DNA of 62,637 bases, filler included, from Choristocarpus tenellus KU-1152 (Eukaryota; Protista; Phaeophyceae): assembly GCA_964200185.2 (NCBI GenBank). It is 11 parts of 11 records of this genome, joined end to end, with 100 filler letters (N's around TTAATTAATTAA, not from the genome) between each part and the next. Parts side by side here need not be neighbours in the genome. Positions count along the whole stretch, not along the records: positions 21,843 to 28,379 come from CAXNAD020007907.1; positions 28,480 to 34,152 come from CAXNAD020010059.1; positions 34,253 to 39,959 come from CAXNAD020009957.1; 8 more parts are not named here. The stretch is one strand, 5' to 3'. The notes under the pieces were generated by a model. That model was not told where the DNA came from and ran no database searches. It saw nothing but the letters and a program-made list of their open reading frames with translations. Within the stretch, counting starts at the first letter, position 1. Every line of letters starts with the position of its first letter. Both the position numbers and the translations under genes were made by a program. Below are positions 24,711 to 35,451 of this stretch, in pieces.

Positions 24711-24891
24711 GACCCAAAGTATCTGGGGGGGGGGGGGGCTACGCCAGGGTGTCCATTTGGGTCAAAACCAGGAAAAGTGCACTTTCATTCATCACCAAAA
24801 AATGTATGGAACCAAATCACCAAAAAATTGCAACATGAAAAAATTGACCCCAAACGGACAGCCGCCATCCCCCCCCCAGATACTTTGAGCC
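24711..24891 (+). mobile_element. MITE family A (~180 bp), full copy with 3-bp TSD CAT
   Basis: TIRs CAAAGTATCTGGGGGGGG ... CCCCCCCCAGATACTTTG; cat immediately outside both ends. Confidence 0.88.
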
Positions 24892-25249
24892 CATGCTTTT
24901 CCCAAGGTCCACAGTAGAGAGGAGTGGACGGAGAGGCAGCCGCCTTAGTCTGTTGAATTGCTATACAGGAATGCACCCATCTTTCTGAGGTTTTAAGACA
25001 ACCCAGCACCAGAAGTGAGGCAAGACTTCCTGCCACAGGATCCAACACCTGTGCTTGCGATGATAGCACAAGCAGAAAGTCCAGATGGTCAGGGGGTAGA
25101 TAAACAGGAACACACGGATTACCTTGAATTTGAGGTCATAACTTTGTGCACGGCGGTGAAGAAAGAGATGGGAACATGTTATGATGAACCCCCCGCCATA
25201 GTCCATGGCGGCAGTGCCGCCATGTTTTGTAAGACATGTGCTTGCTTTG

Positions 25250-25467
25250 GGGGCCATAATCCAATTTGCTATTTCGATGTAATTTTGACTATCGTGTTTG
25301 TTAGGAAGTGTCAACATCCTTGTTCCGGAAACACCTTTCATAACATACACATTTTACCTACTCCTAAATATTTGGGAGTAGGAAAATGTCATAAAAAACA
25401 CCATGGGAAGCCAACCCCCAAATGGACAAACAGGGTAAAACTCGTACCCTCTAAGATACTTTCACTC
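25250..25467 (+). mobile_element. MITE family B, 5'-truncated copy
   Basis: Ends in ccccaaatggacaaacagggtaaaactcgtaccctctaagatactttcactc; internal homology to 41824-42080 and 47839-48092. Confidence 0.85.
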
Positions 25468-26509
25468 TGCTCTCGATGCTCAACACATCACTGGTGCGTG
25501 ATAATACCATCAGTATTCTCCTAACCACTACTAATGTAATCATATGGAACCACTCAAAGAGTTGGACAGAAGGAAGCAGAAAAAATGGTCCCTTCGGTAG
25601 GGATTCTCCAAACTTCATTCGACAGAGATGGCCCCATGACACGAGTACTTGTGCACGAAAACAATAAAAATAGCATACGATGCGCTTGTCACTTTCATAT
25701 CGTCTGAGACACAAATACCCTGAAGCAGACCCATGGTAGGGTGCCTAGACTTCATGCGCTATGTCCTTCCCAAGCCTCTCACAGACATAGAGCACGATGT
25801 ACACTGCTGTGATTGGAGTGGCCCAGGTCAGGTCCCATCTCTCTGTCACAAAAGGAAAGTACTTGACAAGCGCCTCTGGTATTGGATAGAGCGGACTGCA
25901 CTCAGCGATTAAAGCCGTGGTTGTCCATAAGATGGGCCATATGCAAGTCATGTGGATCCTGCGGTTGATAGGGTCGTTGTGGTCTGCAATAGGAAGGAGG
26001 GTATGAGAGTGGAGAACTATGCCAAATATCGGACAAGGGTTCAATGGGGTAGGAGAATGAGCACAGGAAAGCAATGCATATCGCTGCGGAGCCGATATCC
26101 TGGTGACACTGGTAGATGAGATGCCTCTCTCAGAGATAGCGCAGAAAGTGGCGCTTCCTACCTCTCTTACCCTGTCAACAGGGACTCGAGGTATCACATA
26201 TACAGGTAGAATAAAACGTGAACTGATCTTCAATAATTTAAATCTTTGCCAAGAGGGTCTTCGTTCTAGCATTTCTTTTGGTGACCATGGTAACTTTTGT
26301 TCAACGTGTTTCTAGTTGCTATAACGACTACTGCTGTTGCTGTTGAGAGTGGGTTTCCGGCGATATATTAATGGACGTGTGAGGTGACCGGTCACAGTCA
26401 AGATTTCTTGATCCCTTGACGGGCAGACAAGGGTGTTTTGGTGGGTGTCAACCCCTGGGAATATATTCTCATTATTATGGAAATCCCTATACATATTTCA
26501 TATTTTATT

Positions 26510-26686
26510 GGGTCAAAGTATCTGGGGGGGGGGTGGTTTGTGAGGGGGCGTCCGCTTCAGTCAAACAACTCTTTTTTTTGCGGATATTTCAAATCCAACG
26601 CGTGCGACCAATCCACACCAAATAAGTGAAAATCGAAAAAAGGGTGAAAAACGGACGTCGACACCCTCCTCCAGATACTTTGACCC
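26510..26686 (+). mobile_element. MITE family C (177 bp), full copy with 3-bp TSD ATT
   Basis: GGGTCAAAGTATCTGG ... CCAGATACTTTGACCC perfect 16-bp TIR with att on both sides. The internal sequence differs from family A; a partial reverse copy lies at 44052-44112. Confidence 0.88.
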
Positions 26687-27022
26687 ATTTTTTGTGTTGT
26701 TTGTGTGGTGCAATCCATCCTCATGAAAAAATTGCAAAAATGATGCGAAATGGTTCCACACAATTGACGTCAAAATGGTTAGAACATGAAGTGGGAAATA
26801 TTCCAATTGGTTTTCCCCAAGACTGCGCATGGACCCCAAGAAGACCTTCGCCATTTTTCTGTTTGCCCATCCTCAGCCTCTCTACCTCCTTGTTGTCACA
26901 TGAGGGAAACAAGATTGTTATGTTACCATGACCAGCGACGTGAAAGGAATTTTGACTGGCAGTGACTACCCTTCGATCTCCTACACAAGGCTTGTAGTTT
27001 GTCGTGTGTGTTATAATTTTTG

Positions 27023-28379
27023 TCATGTGACATGAAGCCGCACTGTTAAAAATCCATTCTTATTTCTCACGGCCAACCCCAACACTTGACACCAAACATT
27101 CGTTTTCCCCACACTTGCCTGGAGCATTGCTGCTCGGAGAGTCCTCAATGGCAGCCAGTATGCGTACCGCTCGTTGTCGTCACTGCTGGTCGCACTTTCC
27201 ACAACAATGTAGGAAAGTTTCGCCTCCGTCTCGTTCTTCCTTTCCCAGACTCCACCGTAGTCAAGAACACCAAAGTACATGTTGTAGCATCATGGGCACG
27301 TCCACCACACTTGGTGCAAATGCGGTTTGGGCAAGCTACCTTCTCGTGTCCATTCTTACCGCACCTCTCACAAGGAATCTTCTCGGAACTTTTAGGGTTG
27401 GAATTAGAACCATTTTTCTTTCTTCCACCATAAAATTTACGTTCGACCCCACCACTTTGGCCGTTAAGATGAGACTGGATCCTTCCCCTGTGATGAGCCG
27501 CAAACAACCAAAGTGTGCCTACTCTTGTGTCTTGAGTGCTGCCCCTCATGAAGGGAAGCATATCGCTCTTTAGCAGTTTTCTCTATGTCTGCTCGACATA
27601 GTGTCCTCTGCGAGCCATCCTCTGCGAGGCCATCATGCGTATATTGATATTGTAATCTGATCCGAAAGCACTCAGGAACTGTAGGAGCAGCAGGTTGTCC
27701 AAGATGACCAGGTCCATTGATAGCATCCTCCCCCGTAGCACTTCCAAGTGTTTTAAGGTCAGGATCGGATTTTCCCCCTTCTCCACCTTTGAAGCGAAAA
27801 ACTCATGGAACAAATGTGTTGGCTATTACCCACTGTATTAGGCATGAACCAATCGTCTATTGCTCGGAAAAGCTCGCTCGGGCTTTGGTGCGTATAACAC
27901 AGTGCCCTGGTGGTGGGTACGACAAGAGCAATAGTGAATGTATGGTAAGCCTCTTCGACCATCCAGATATCATTCGCACTGAAGCCATCCGAGAGAAGTT
28001 CCTCGTAGGAGCGTTCTTGGTTGACTGAGTGAATGTATGGTAAGCCTCTTCGACCATCCAGATATCATTCGCACTGAAGCCATCCAAGAGAAGTTCCTCG
28101 TAGGAGCGTTCTTGGTTGACTGATCTTTCACTTGTCAATGCACCCAAGCAGTGGATATATCGGCAAAGCACGATGAAACGCCTCCACCAGTCCTGGTAAT
28201 TCAAGTCGTCCAATGGTTTCGGTGATTGGGTCCTTGATCTCTTTGTCTTAGGGTGAATATGTGCGCCTGGCCCCAAGCTCTCCAAGAACCGGACCTCCGG
28301 GTCACCCCACTTCTGATGCTCACAATATCCAAACTGTTTCCCCTCTCTGGGAAATTTTCCCTCAACATGGGTTCCATAG
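27023..28379 (-). mobile_element. Degenerate LTR retrotransposon gag region (copia-like) with twin CCHC zinc knuckles
   Basis: PLDDLNYQDWWRRF..., LLLQFLSAFGSDYN and CERCGKNGHEKVAC-PNRI-CTKCGGRAHDATTC in different frames. An internal 95-bp tandem duplication (27933-28122) breaks the frame. Confidence 0.8.
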
Positions 28380-28513
28380 NNNNNNNNNNNNNNNNNNNNN
28401 NNNNNNNNNNNNNNNNNNNNNNNTTAATTAATTAANNNNNNNNNNNNNNNNNNNNNNNNNNNNNNNNNNNNNNNNNNNNAAAGAAAAGGGGGGGGGGGGG
28501 GGGGGGGGGGGGA

Positions 28514-28558
<45 letters not shown>

Positions 28559-29215
28559 AGGCCGGCACGGGGATTGGCAGTTTGGCACGGGAAGGCGATT
28601 GTAATGGGAAGTCTAAGGCTTGATGGTGTCTTACCTATTGAAGCAGGATTTCAAATGAGGATGTGGCAGCGGCTGAGGAAAATTTATTTCACTTTCACTA
28701 AAAAAAAAATATCTCAATTACGCACATGCGGAAGCGTTACAGAGTCGGTGCACGTGTGATTCTTCTAACGGAAGGGGGTATACTTCGTTGGCGGAAATAC
28801 ACTTCTGTTAAGTATCAGAGACCTTGCTATGGTACTAATTAACCTCAACTGCTTTCTCTTCACCCCGTGACTTCCTTTGCCCAAAAGCTCTCACAAAGCA
28901 GTTGCGAGTCCAGATATAATCTTTCATGCAAATAAACATGGGTGTTTAAAAGAACCTCTCGCATCTACAAAAAAAAAAGAAGCTTCGTAAGTTGTTCAAA
29001 CCAGCCAGCGCAGTCCCATACACAGCTCAGAAGGCTCAACTAAAAAGAAATCCAGGAATTGATTAACATCAGTCCTGTGCCAACTTCAGCTTCAATCAGG
29101 AGGCACAACACAACTAATGAATCACAAATCAAAACATAAAACACGCAGAAAATAGGTACTTTCAAGCATCTTTCTAACAACTCAGACTTAGTGAGGGAAA
29201 ATAGTATGCACGCAC

Positions 29216-31893
29216 CAGTTGGGACCTTCCACAGACCGGTACCACGTAATGGACCTGCATCACACGTCATGGAGGGAAGGGGGGAGGGGGGGGGGGGGAA
29301 AGAGCAAAAAGTGCCCGAGAATCAATCAATGCATATAAACGTTTGCTTATCGCATGGAAGGCAAGTAGATCAGGCAGTGAGCTGTTCTATGCAGCCTCCC
29401 AATAGAGACAGCAACCCCCTCTCCACCCCCCCAGATACTTTGGGTCTCAAAACAGCACAACGAGAGGGGGAACGTAACATGATATATCAAGGAAATAAGA
29501 CCTAGCTCTTACTCCATTATACCACGTCAATCAAATCCCATTTCTTAAGGTCAACGCAATTGGGCCCCTTGAAGCTCCCCCCCCGCAACTGGTGTAGAGT
29601 ATTGGCAGAGGGTTGTCTCTAGCCAACAACTTACCACGCCTCTCTCGGACAACCAGAACCTCTTTCGAATCGTTGAGGACCAAAGCCCCTATTCCAACCT
29701 GATGGCTAGCATTGGGTGGGAGTGAGTTCTCCGATGAGGGCAGCCATCTGAGCATTGTGAACAATATTGTCAGAACAAGTTTGCAGACAAGAAGGGGGGT
29801 ATCGAGTCACCCCAACAGTGCACAATGAGGCGTTTCCTTCACAGCATCAGGTGTAGTGGGTGTGGGTGTGGGTGCGGTTGTGGGTGAAGGTGCAGGTGTG
29901 TATCAAGATTGTTTTATACAGGAAATGTTGAATGTTGGTAGGGTGAAGTACTTGGGGGGCGTGTTTGGAAGAAGCAGCAGTACTGATCGTGATGGCCCTT
30001 TCACTTTTATGCACTGTACCACCAGAGTACATTTCTATAGCAAGGAACTCTGTTATACTTAATACTAGTGGTAGTAGCAGCAATAATACCTTTGAAGTCT
30101 TACTCAGGTGATAACTGCTTTATAGGGCACAAAAAAAAAGATTTTGGAACAGGGGCATCTGAGATCGAAAACGTCAGGTGCCAATCATGTAAGCATGCCC
30201 CCAAAAGCCAGGCACACAAAGGGTGTGCATAGGTGCCATGCCCACTAGGAAAAGCTTCATTTTTCGTTCCGAAACTTATACTGGTGTCACAGTGTTACGA
30301 TATCAGCGGAGGCATTGTGGGCAGACAGAGAGGAATACTACGGGTAAGCTGCCACATGTATTCATAGTGGATAACTTCCACCAAAGTCTGAGACAAAAGA
30401 GGGCAGCGCAGATCAAAACAGATGTCACTACCCTATGAAGATACATAGTGTATTTGGAGTGCAGTTTTTGAAATGCTTTGATTCGTCAGTTGCACTATAC
30501 CAACGGAAAGGTAAGATGGAGGAGTTGTGCCCAAGTGCAATGGAGCATCATTCCGTTTCAAAGGTTTTTATGTTATGGAATGTTATAAAACGAACATCAC
30601 TATTTGGACGAGTTAAATATTAATAAAATCTTAGTGTAAGTCAATTAGAAAGCACCATCACAATGAGTGCACCCATCAACATTCTTACGGAAGGTAAGTA
30701 CGATACTGATCACCTGTTAAGCATGACATATGCCTTCTCGGCATGGTGTAGCTCAAAGCCCTCTGCCAGTGCCACTGTGATGAGCTCAGCACGACCCACT
30801 GGCACCTTCAGATAACCACCACCGATGGTTTTGAGCTGTTAGTATCTTTTTGTAGGTGGTTGATTCATCATGCCCAGGGGAGAGTCCATTTAGGCCTCTC
30901 AGAGTTACAGAGCAAGCGATTGACACCAGGTACAAGAGTGGCTTATGCCACGAGGAGTGGGAGCTTCTCTACTTAAGCAGCCTTATACAACTTGTACCAC
31001 TACCAAACACAGGAATAAAGTCAAGTGTGAAACCCCAAGGAATGCCACCCACCTCATGATGTTCCGAGACACCGAATCTCGTTGTTGGAGGCGACAAGGA
31101 CATCCTATGCAATAACATAAAGTATCCTTAACTTGAGGAAACTACTAGAGTCCTAGTTGAGCGTATTCAGGTCTCAATTTCTTAGGGTGTCAGGGCACAG
31201 TAGGCACCCAGCTACATCATTGCGCACCTTGAGCCATACTCCCCGTCTCCTTTCATCCTTCCAGGCTTCCACAGAGGTCTGTAGAACCCGCACGAAGTCC
31301 TCAGTGGTGGTAGGGAAGCTCGACTCTTTTACGATTACTCCATTATAGTTATCTACATCGAAGTCCAGCATGGTCGCAGCGAATGGAGGCGGATTCTTCG
31401 ACCAACGGTCTGCTAGTAATGCCGAAGGTATCAAATGGGGTTGGTATCTTTGATCAGCAGAGGCCTATACATTCTCTCTTGGTTTTTATGGAAGAAAGAA
31501 TAGTCACCAGGTAGTGGTTGAATGGAGCATTACCCAAACATTCATTGGAGAGGGAGGGGGTATTGGTGGCCAAATTGAAGTGACGAACTGACGGGGTCAT
31601 GCAGGGTCTGCATAACGGCAATAAGAACCACCATTACCATTGGCTAGAGCTAAACCAAGCTCACTTCTTGTAGGAGTTGTGACGTATCTTCCGAGGACGA
31701 AGGAGGCTCCTCCTAGTCCAAAAATCCCCACTCCAATAGGAGACCGTATCCTAGAAGTAGTCAGACAGTTCAAAGGATAAGATGTTCTACGAAATCTAGG
31801 CCCTTCCCTCCTAAATGACCTTACAGCACACCGGTGACAAGTAAAGTGCAGTGAAAAACACACCGCCGGGATGTACAGGCGCGTCAATTGCAT
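29216..31893 (-). CDS. Nudix hydrolase (NUDT6/plant NUDX2-8-like, pre-nudix + Nudix domain), 5' part; exons 31893-31665, 31409-31228, 30805-30714, 29747-29635, 29254-29216
   Basis: DNYNGVIV...LQTSVEAWKDERRRGVWLK|VPVGRAELITVALAEGFELHHAEKAYVMLNR|WLPSSENSLPPNASHQVGIGALVLNDSKEVLVVRERRG|PLRGTGLWKVPTG, the typical NUDT6-family signature. Phases are consistent; the first exon is less certain. Confidence 0.9.
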
Positions 31894-32173
31894 CAACAAT
31901 CAGTGCAACATGTGGAAGTTGAGGTGGGTGAAATGTCCACATCATTAAATCTTAATAAATACTGGTGATATCATACAACCAATGAGAACGCCTTCGAAAA
32001 TATTTTGCTGCAACTCCTTAACCTCAACAAACAAGGTCAAACCTGGCAGATCAGAATTAACGCCACGGACACTGACCACTCGCCAGGGTTAAGATATTCC
32101 TTCTTTCTTTCGACAAGCTGATCGAGGTCTGATCCCTCCATTTGTTCCGACAAGCCTGTGTAGGCGTTAGAGT
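31894..32173. promoter_or_regulatory. Probable bidirectional promoter between the Nudix gene (-) and the coiled-coil gene (+)
   Basis: Predicted divergent ATGs at 31893 and 32174, 280 bp apart; a CCAAT motif at 31979-31983. Confidence 0.45.
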
Positions 32174-33918
32174 ATGCCCACAACAGTTGCATGGCGTAGG
32201 CAAGGAGGTGCAGGCCATGTCCAAGCCCTATCTGTTGACGTATCTGAGATACAGGTGCGAATCATTGTCAGCTCATTTTCTTTACCTTCTACACACTCGC
32301 ATGCGTTGAAATAAGGTTTTACTTCACGCTGTACTTGCGGAGTACTGGTTGGTTGGTGCATCCCACCCTACACTGACGGTTTCACAGTGTCCCTTCCTGA
32401 CCCAATATCCCCTCTTGGAAGCAGTTTCAAAAGTCTGTAACGCCTGGTCCGGAATCTCGGGCAGAGCTGGGTTCGATAAGCTTCTCGGGGACAGACCATC
32501 TGCAGGTTGGGTATGGGAGAAGCACTGTCTGGTAGAGCGTTTAGGGACTATCGCGTTGTGCCCTGGTAACCGTGACCTCAACAATGTGTTTCGTTGCTGG
32601 AGTGGTCCTTATTTTGTCCTGTGTACCTTGGCCTAGCGTGTTCCTTGGTAACAACAGCTCACTCTGCAACAGCGACTATGACCCTGTGCCCAGACATTAA
32701 TTGGCTGTGAATGAGTCAAATGGATTTGAGTTCGAACATGTGAGGAGGAGGGAGACAGATACGATAACCATTCCGTTTGAAATATCCTACTTGCTTCAAT
32801 ACCTGTGCATCACAACATCTCTCCTCTCACATTCCCCACCTTTAGTTAATAATTTTCTTATGGGATTTAATCCTGTGCATGGTGGTATATTTTCGAAGCC
32901 GATCAAGCACCTAGAAGAAATGTACCAAGACCTGAATGACAACTCATGATTGAATAGTTTAATTCCAGATTGAACTAGCGTTTCCGATCTTGATCCTCCA
33001 GGGACGCTGTGTTGATCTGGCCACAGAGCTCTGCGTTCTCAATCTCAAGTTCAATGAGCAGGCCAAGGAAATCACTCGTCTCCGTCAAGACTGTGCCGTT
33101 AGAGGTAGAGACATCAAGGTGATGCTCCAGCAGTCGAGGAGTCATTGCCCATTGAAAGGATCGTTCTGAAAGGATAGTAGTATACATGTTTATCCGGGAG
33201 GGGGAAGGGGGGGTGTTATTGAAGTGTTCCACTCGCTTGGCACATCACCTTGCTACTAACACCCTCTACCACAGGTGGTGTGAAAATGAATTGTCCTACA
33301 TAGTACAATGACCAATTGATTGTTGTGAAAGAGCTTTTTGCTGTGTGCATGTATATGTGTTTGTGGCGGTCTCTTCATGCACACTGCCTACTTTTTAACC
33401 CTTGCCGCCTGTTGTCATGTGGGATGACCAGCAGGAGGTGCGCAAGGCATACGAGGAGGAAAGTCAAACTGCCCTGAAGCACTTAAGGCGGGCTGAGTCC
33501 CTAGAGGGAGAAGTGAGGTACGTGCTAGTCCTTGGTCCCATGTCACCCACCCTACCACCCTACCCCGTACCCACATGTCTTTTCGATTTTATGTATGACA
33601 ATGTTGTGTAAACGAAGCTCATCCTCTCAATCCCAGTATTGGCATTTCAAAGCACCCCAACTAAGAGGCACTCCCTGTTTTCCATACTTCTTGTTCTTCA
33701 CCTTCTCAGTCAAGCTCATCCCTTCACTCTCCCATACCACCCCTGCCCCCCCCTACAATCCCTACTCTGCCAGGAACCTTGAAACTGAGAACAGTGAGCT
33801 CTCAAGGGATAACAAACGCCTCTTGGGTGTTCTACGGAGACGGCAGGCGGCTTCTGTCTTGTCCTCATTGGCTGTTCAACAAGAAGTCAATCGAAGTCGG
33901 CAAGTCTCCTGGTCTGAT
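32174..33918 (+). CDS. Unknown coiled-coil protein, 5' part; exons 32174-32254, 32425-32505, 33002-33118, 33435-33517, 33774-33918
   Basis: MPTTVAWRRQ...SEIQ|FQKSVTP...DHLQ|GRCVDLATELCVLNLKFNEQAKEITRLRQ...|EVRKAYEEESQTALKHLRRAESLEGEVR|NLETENSELSRDNKRLLGVLRRRQ. Heptad-like, with GT-AG junctions in phase. Confidence 0.75.
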
Positions 33919-34252
33919 GTGAGTAAAATGAAGGGTGCCTGATAGGAGATTAGGAGTTGCTAGTATGTAGGGGGAGGTTGGACTAATACAATGTGTGTGT
34001 GTATATGATGACATTGTTCACATTTATTTGTTGTTACTTTGATGAGTTGATTTCATGCTTGATCATTGGGTGAAGGGAAATCTCGTGTCATGAAATGATC
34101 AGTCCAACATGTGTGCGTGCAGGGGGGGGGAGGGGGGGGGAGTGTATTTTTTNNNNNNNNNNNNNNNNNNNNNNNNNNNNNNNNNNNNNNNNNNNNTTAA
34201 TTAATTAANNNNNNNNNNNNNNNNNNNNNNNNNNNNNNNNNNNNNNNNNNNN

Positions 34253-35418
34253 GTCTCCGTGTGGGCGGCCGAGCTAGGGGGGCCGGGGGGTGGGGCCCCA
34301 GCCACTATTCCCTTGGTGGTACAGGGGGGGGGGGAGGGGGAGGGGTGAGCACACGTCATTTGTGTCGCAGTGTGTGGCAAGGTTGTCTCAGGCTGCCTCA
34401 GTGCTGGGGAAAGGGGGTGATGGTGATGATAGGCTTGGTGAGGTGAGAAGAACTAAAAAAAGGTTAGGTTTAGGTTTAGGGTTAGGGTTAGGGTTGTTGT
34501 TTATTAGATGACATTGAACTTGCAAGGTGAGAAACCTTTTTTGAGTCTAGGGTCTTTTTCGGTCTTTGTATATTCTTAGGGTTAGGGATAAGCATTTTTT
34601 TTAGAGTTAGGGCTATATGAATTTTTAGAGTTAGGGCTTAGGTTAAGTATTGGTTAGGGTAAATGTTAGGATTAGGGTTCCACATGTAGGTGATTAAAGT
34701 TTTCTTTATGTAGTTGATGGTGTTATTTTGTGAAGGACTGAACCTTTGTGGTAATATAATTTTTGTGTAAATTGAGAAGCAGGTCCATATTATTTTATCC
34801 CCCTTAAAATTGTTCTGAATAGTTTGTGCTGGTTTTTTGTTTATGTTGTGTTTTTAACGAGCTCCAAATGAGTTTTTTTTTTTTTTTTTTATTTTAACCA
34901 TACGTAGATTGTATACAAGCCGTCAGATTTATATTCAGTGCAGGTATTTTGGGTACAGAAAAAAGGAGAGAGTTTGATACCCTAACCCTAACCTCGAAAT
35001 CGAAAGTAGTTCGTTACTATGAGCTGCATGGCCTTGAACTGTATTTTTTTTTTGTGTTTGTATTGGTTAATTTGTGTGACAAGATTGGTTCTAGAGTTTT
35101 TGGGTTTGAATACCATTGAACACATCAGGGTTAGGGTTAGGTTTGAGATAGGATTTTGTTAGGGTTAGGGATAGGGGTAACAAATGTTGGAGTGAGGTGC
35201 AGGGGTTCAATTTTTGGAGTTAGGGTTAGGGTTTGTATGTGAAGGAAGGAAGGGGACCATCAAGAGGGCTGTAGTGGGATTGTGCCAGGTCTATCTATCT
35301 ATATTTTATGTTTTTCTGGAAGTTTTTGACTGCTGTACTGAATCTCAATAAAAAACGCCATCCATGACCTTGAAAGATTCCTGTCACGATGATTGAAAAT
35401 ATTTGTATACCTGTATTG

Positions 35419-35451
<33 letters not shown>

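Noticed and set aside
32975-33232. Minus-strand 85-aa ORF as a gene
   Set aside because: The plus strand gives an in-phase GT-AG exon (33002-33118) that fits the coiled-coil gene model.
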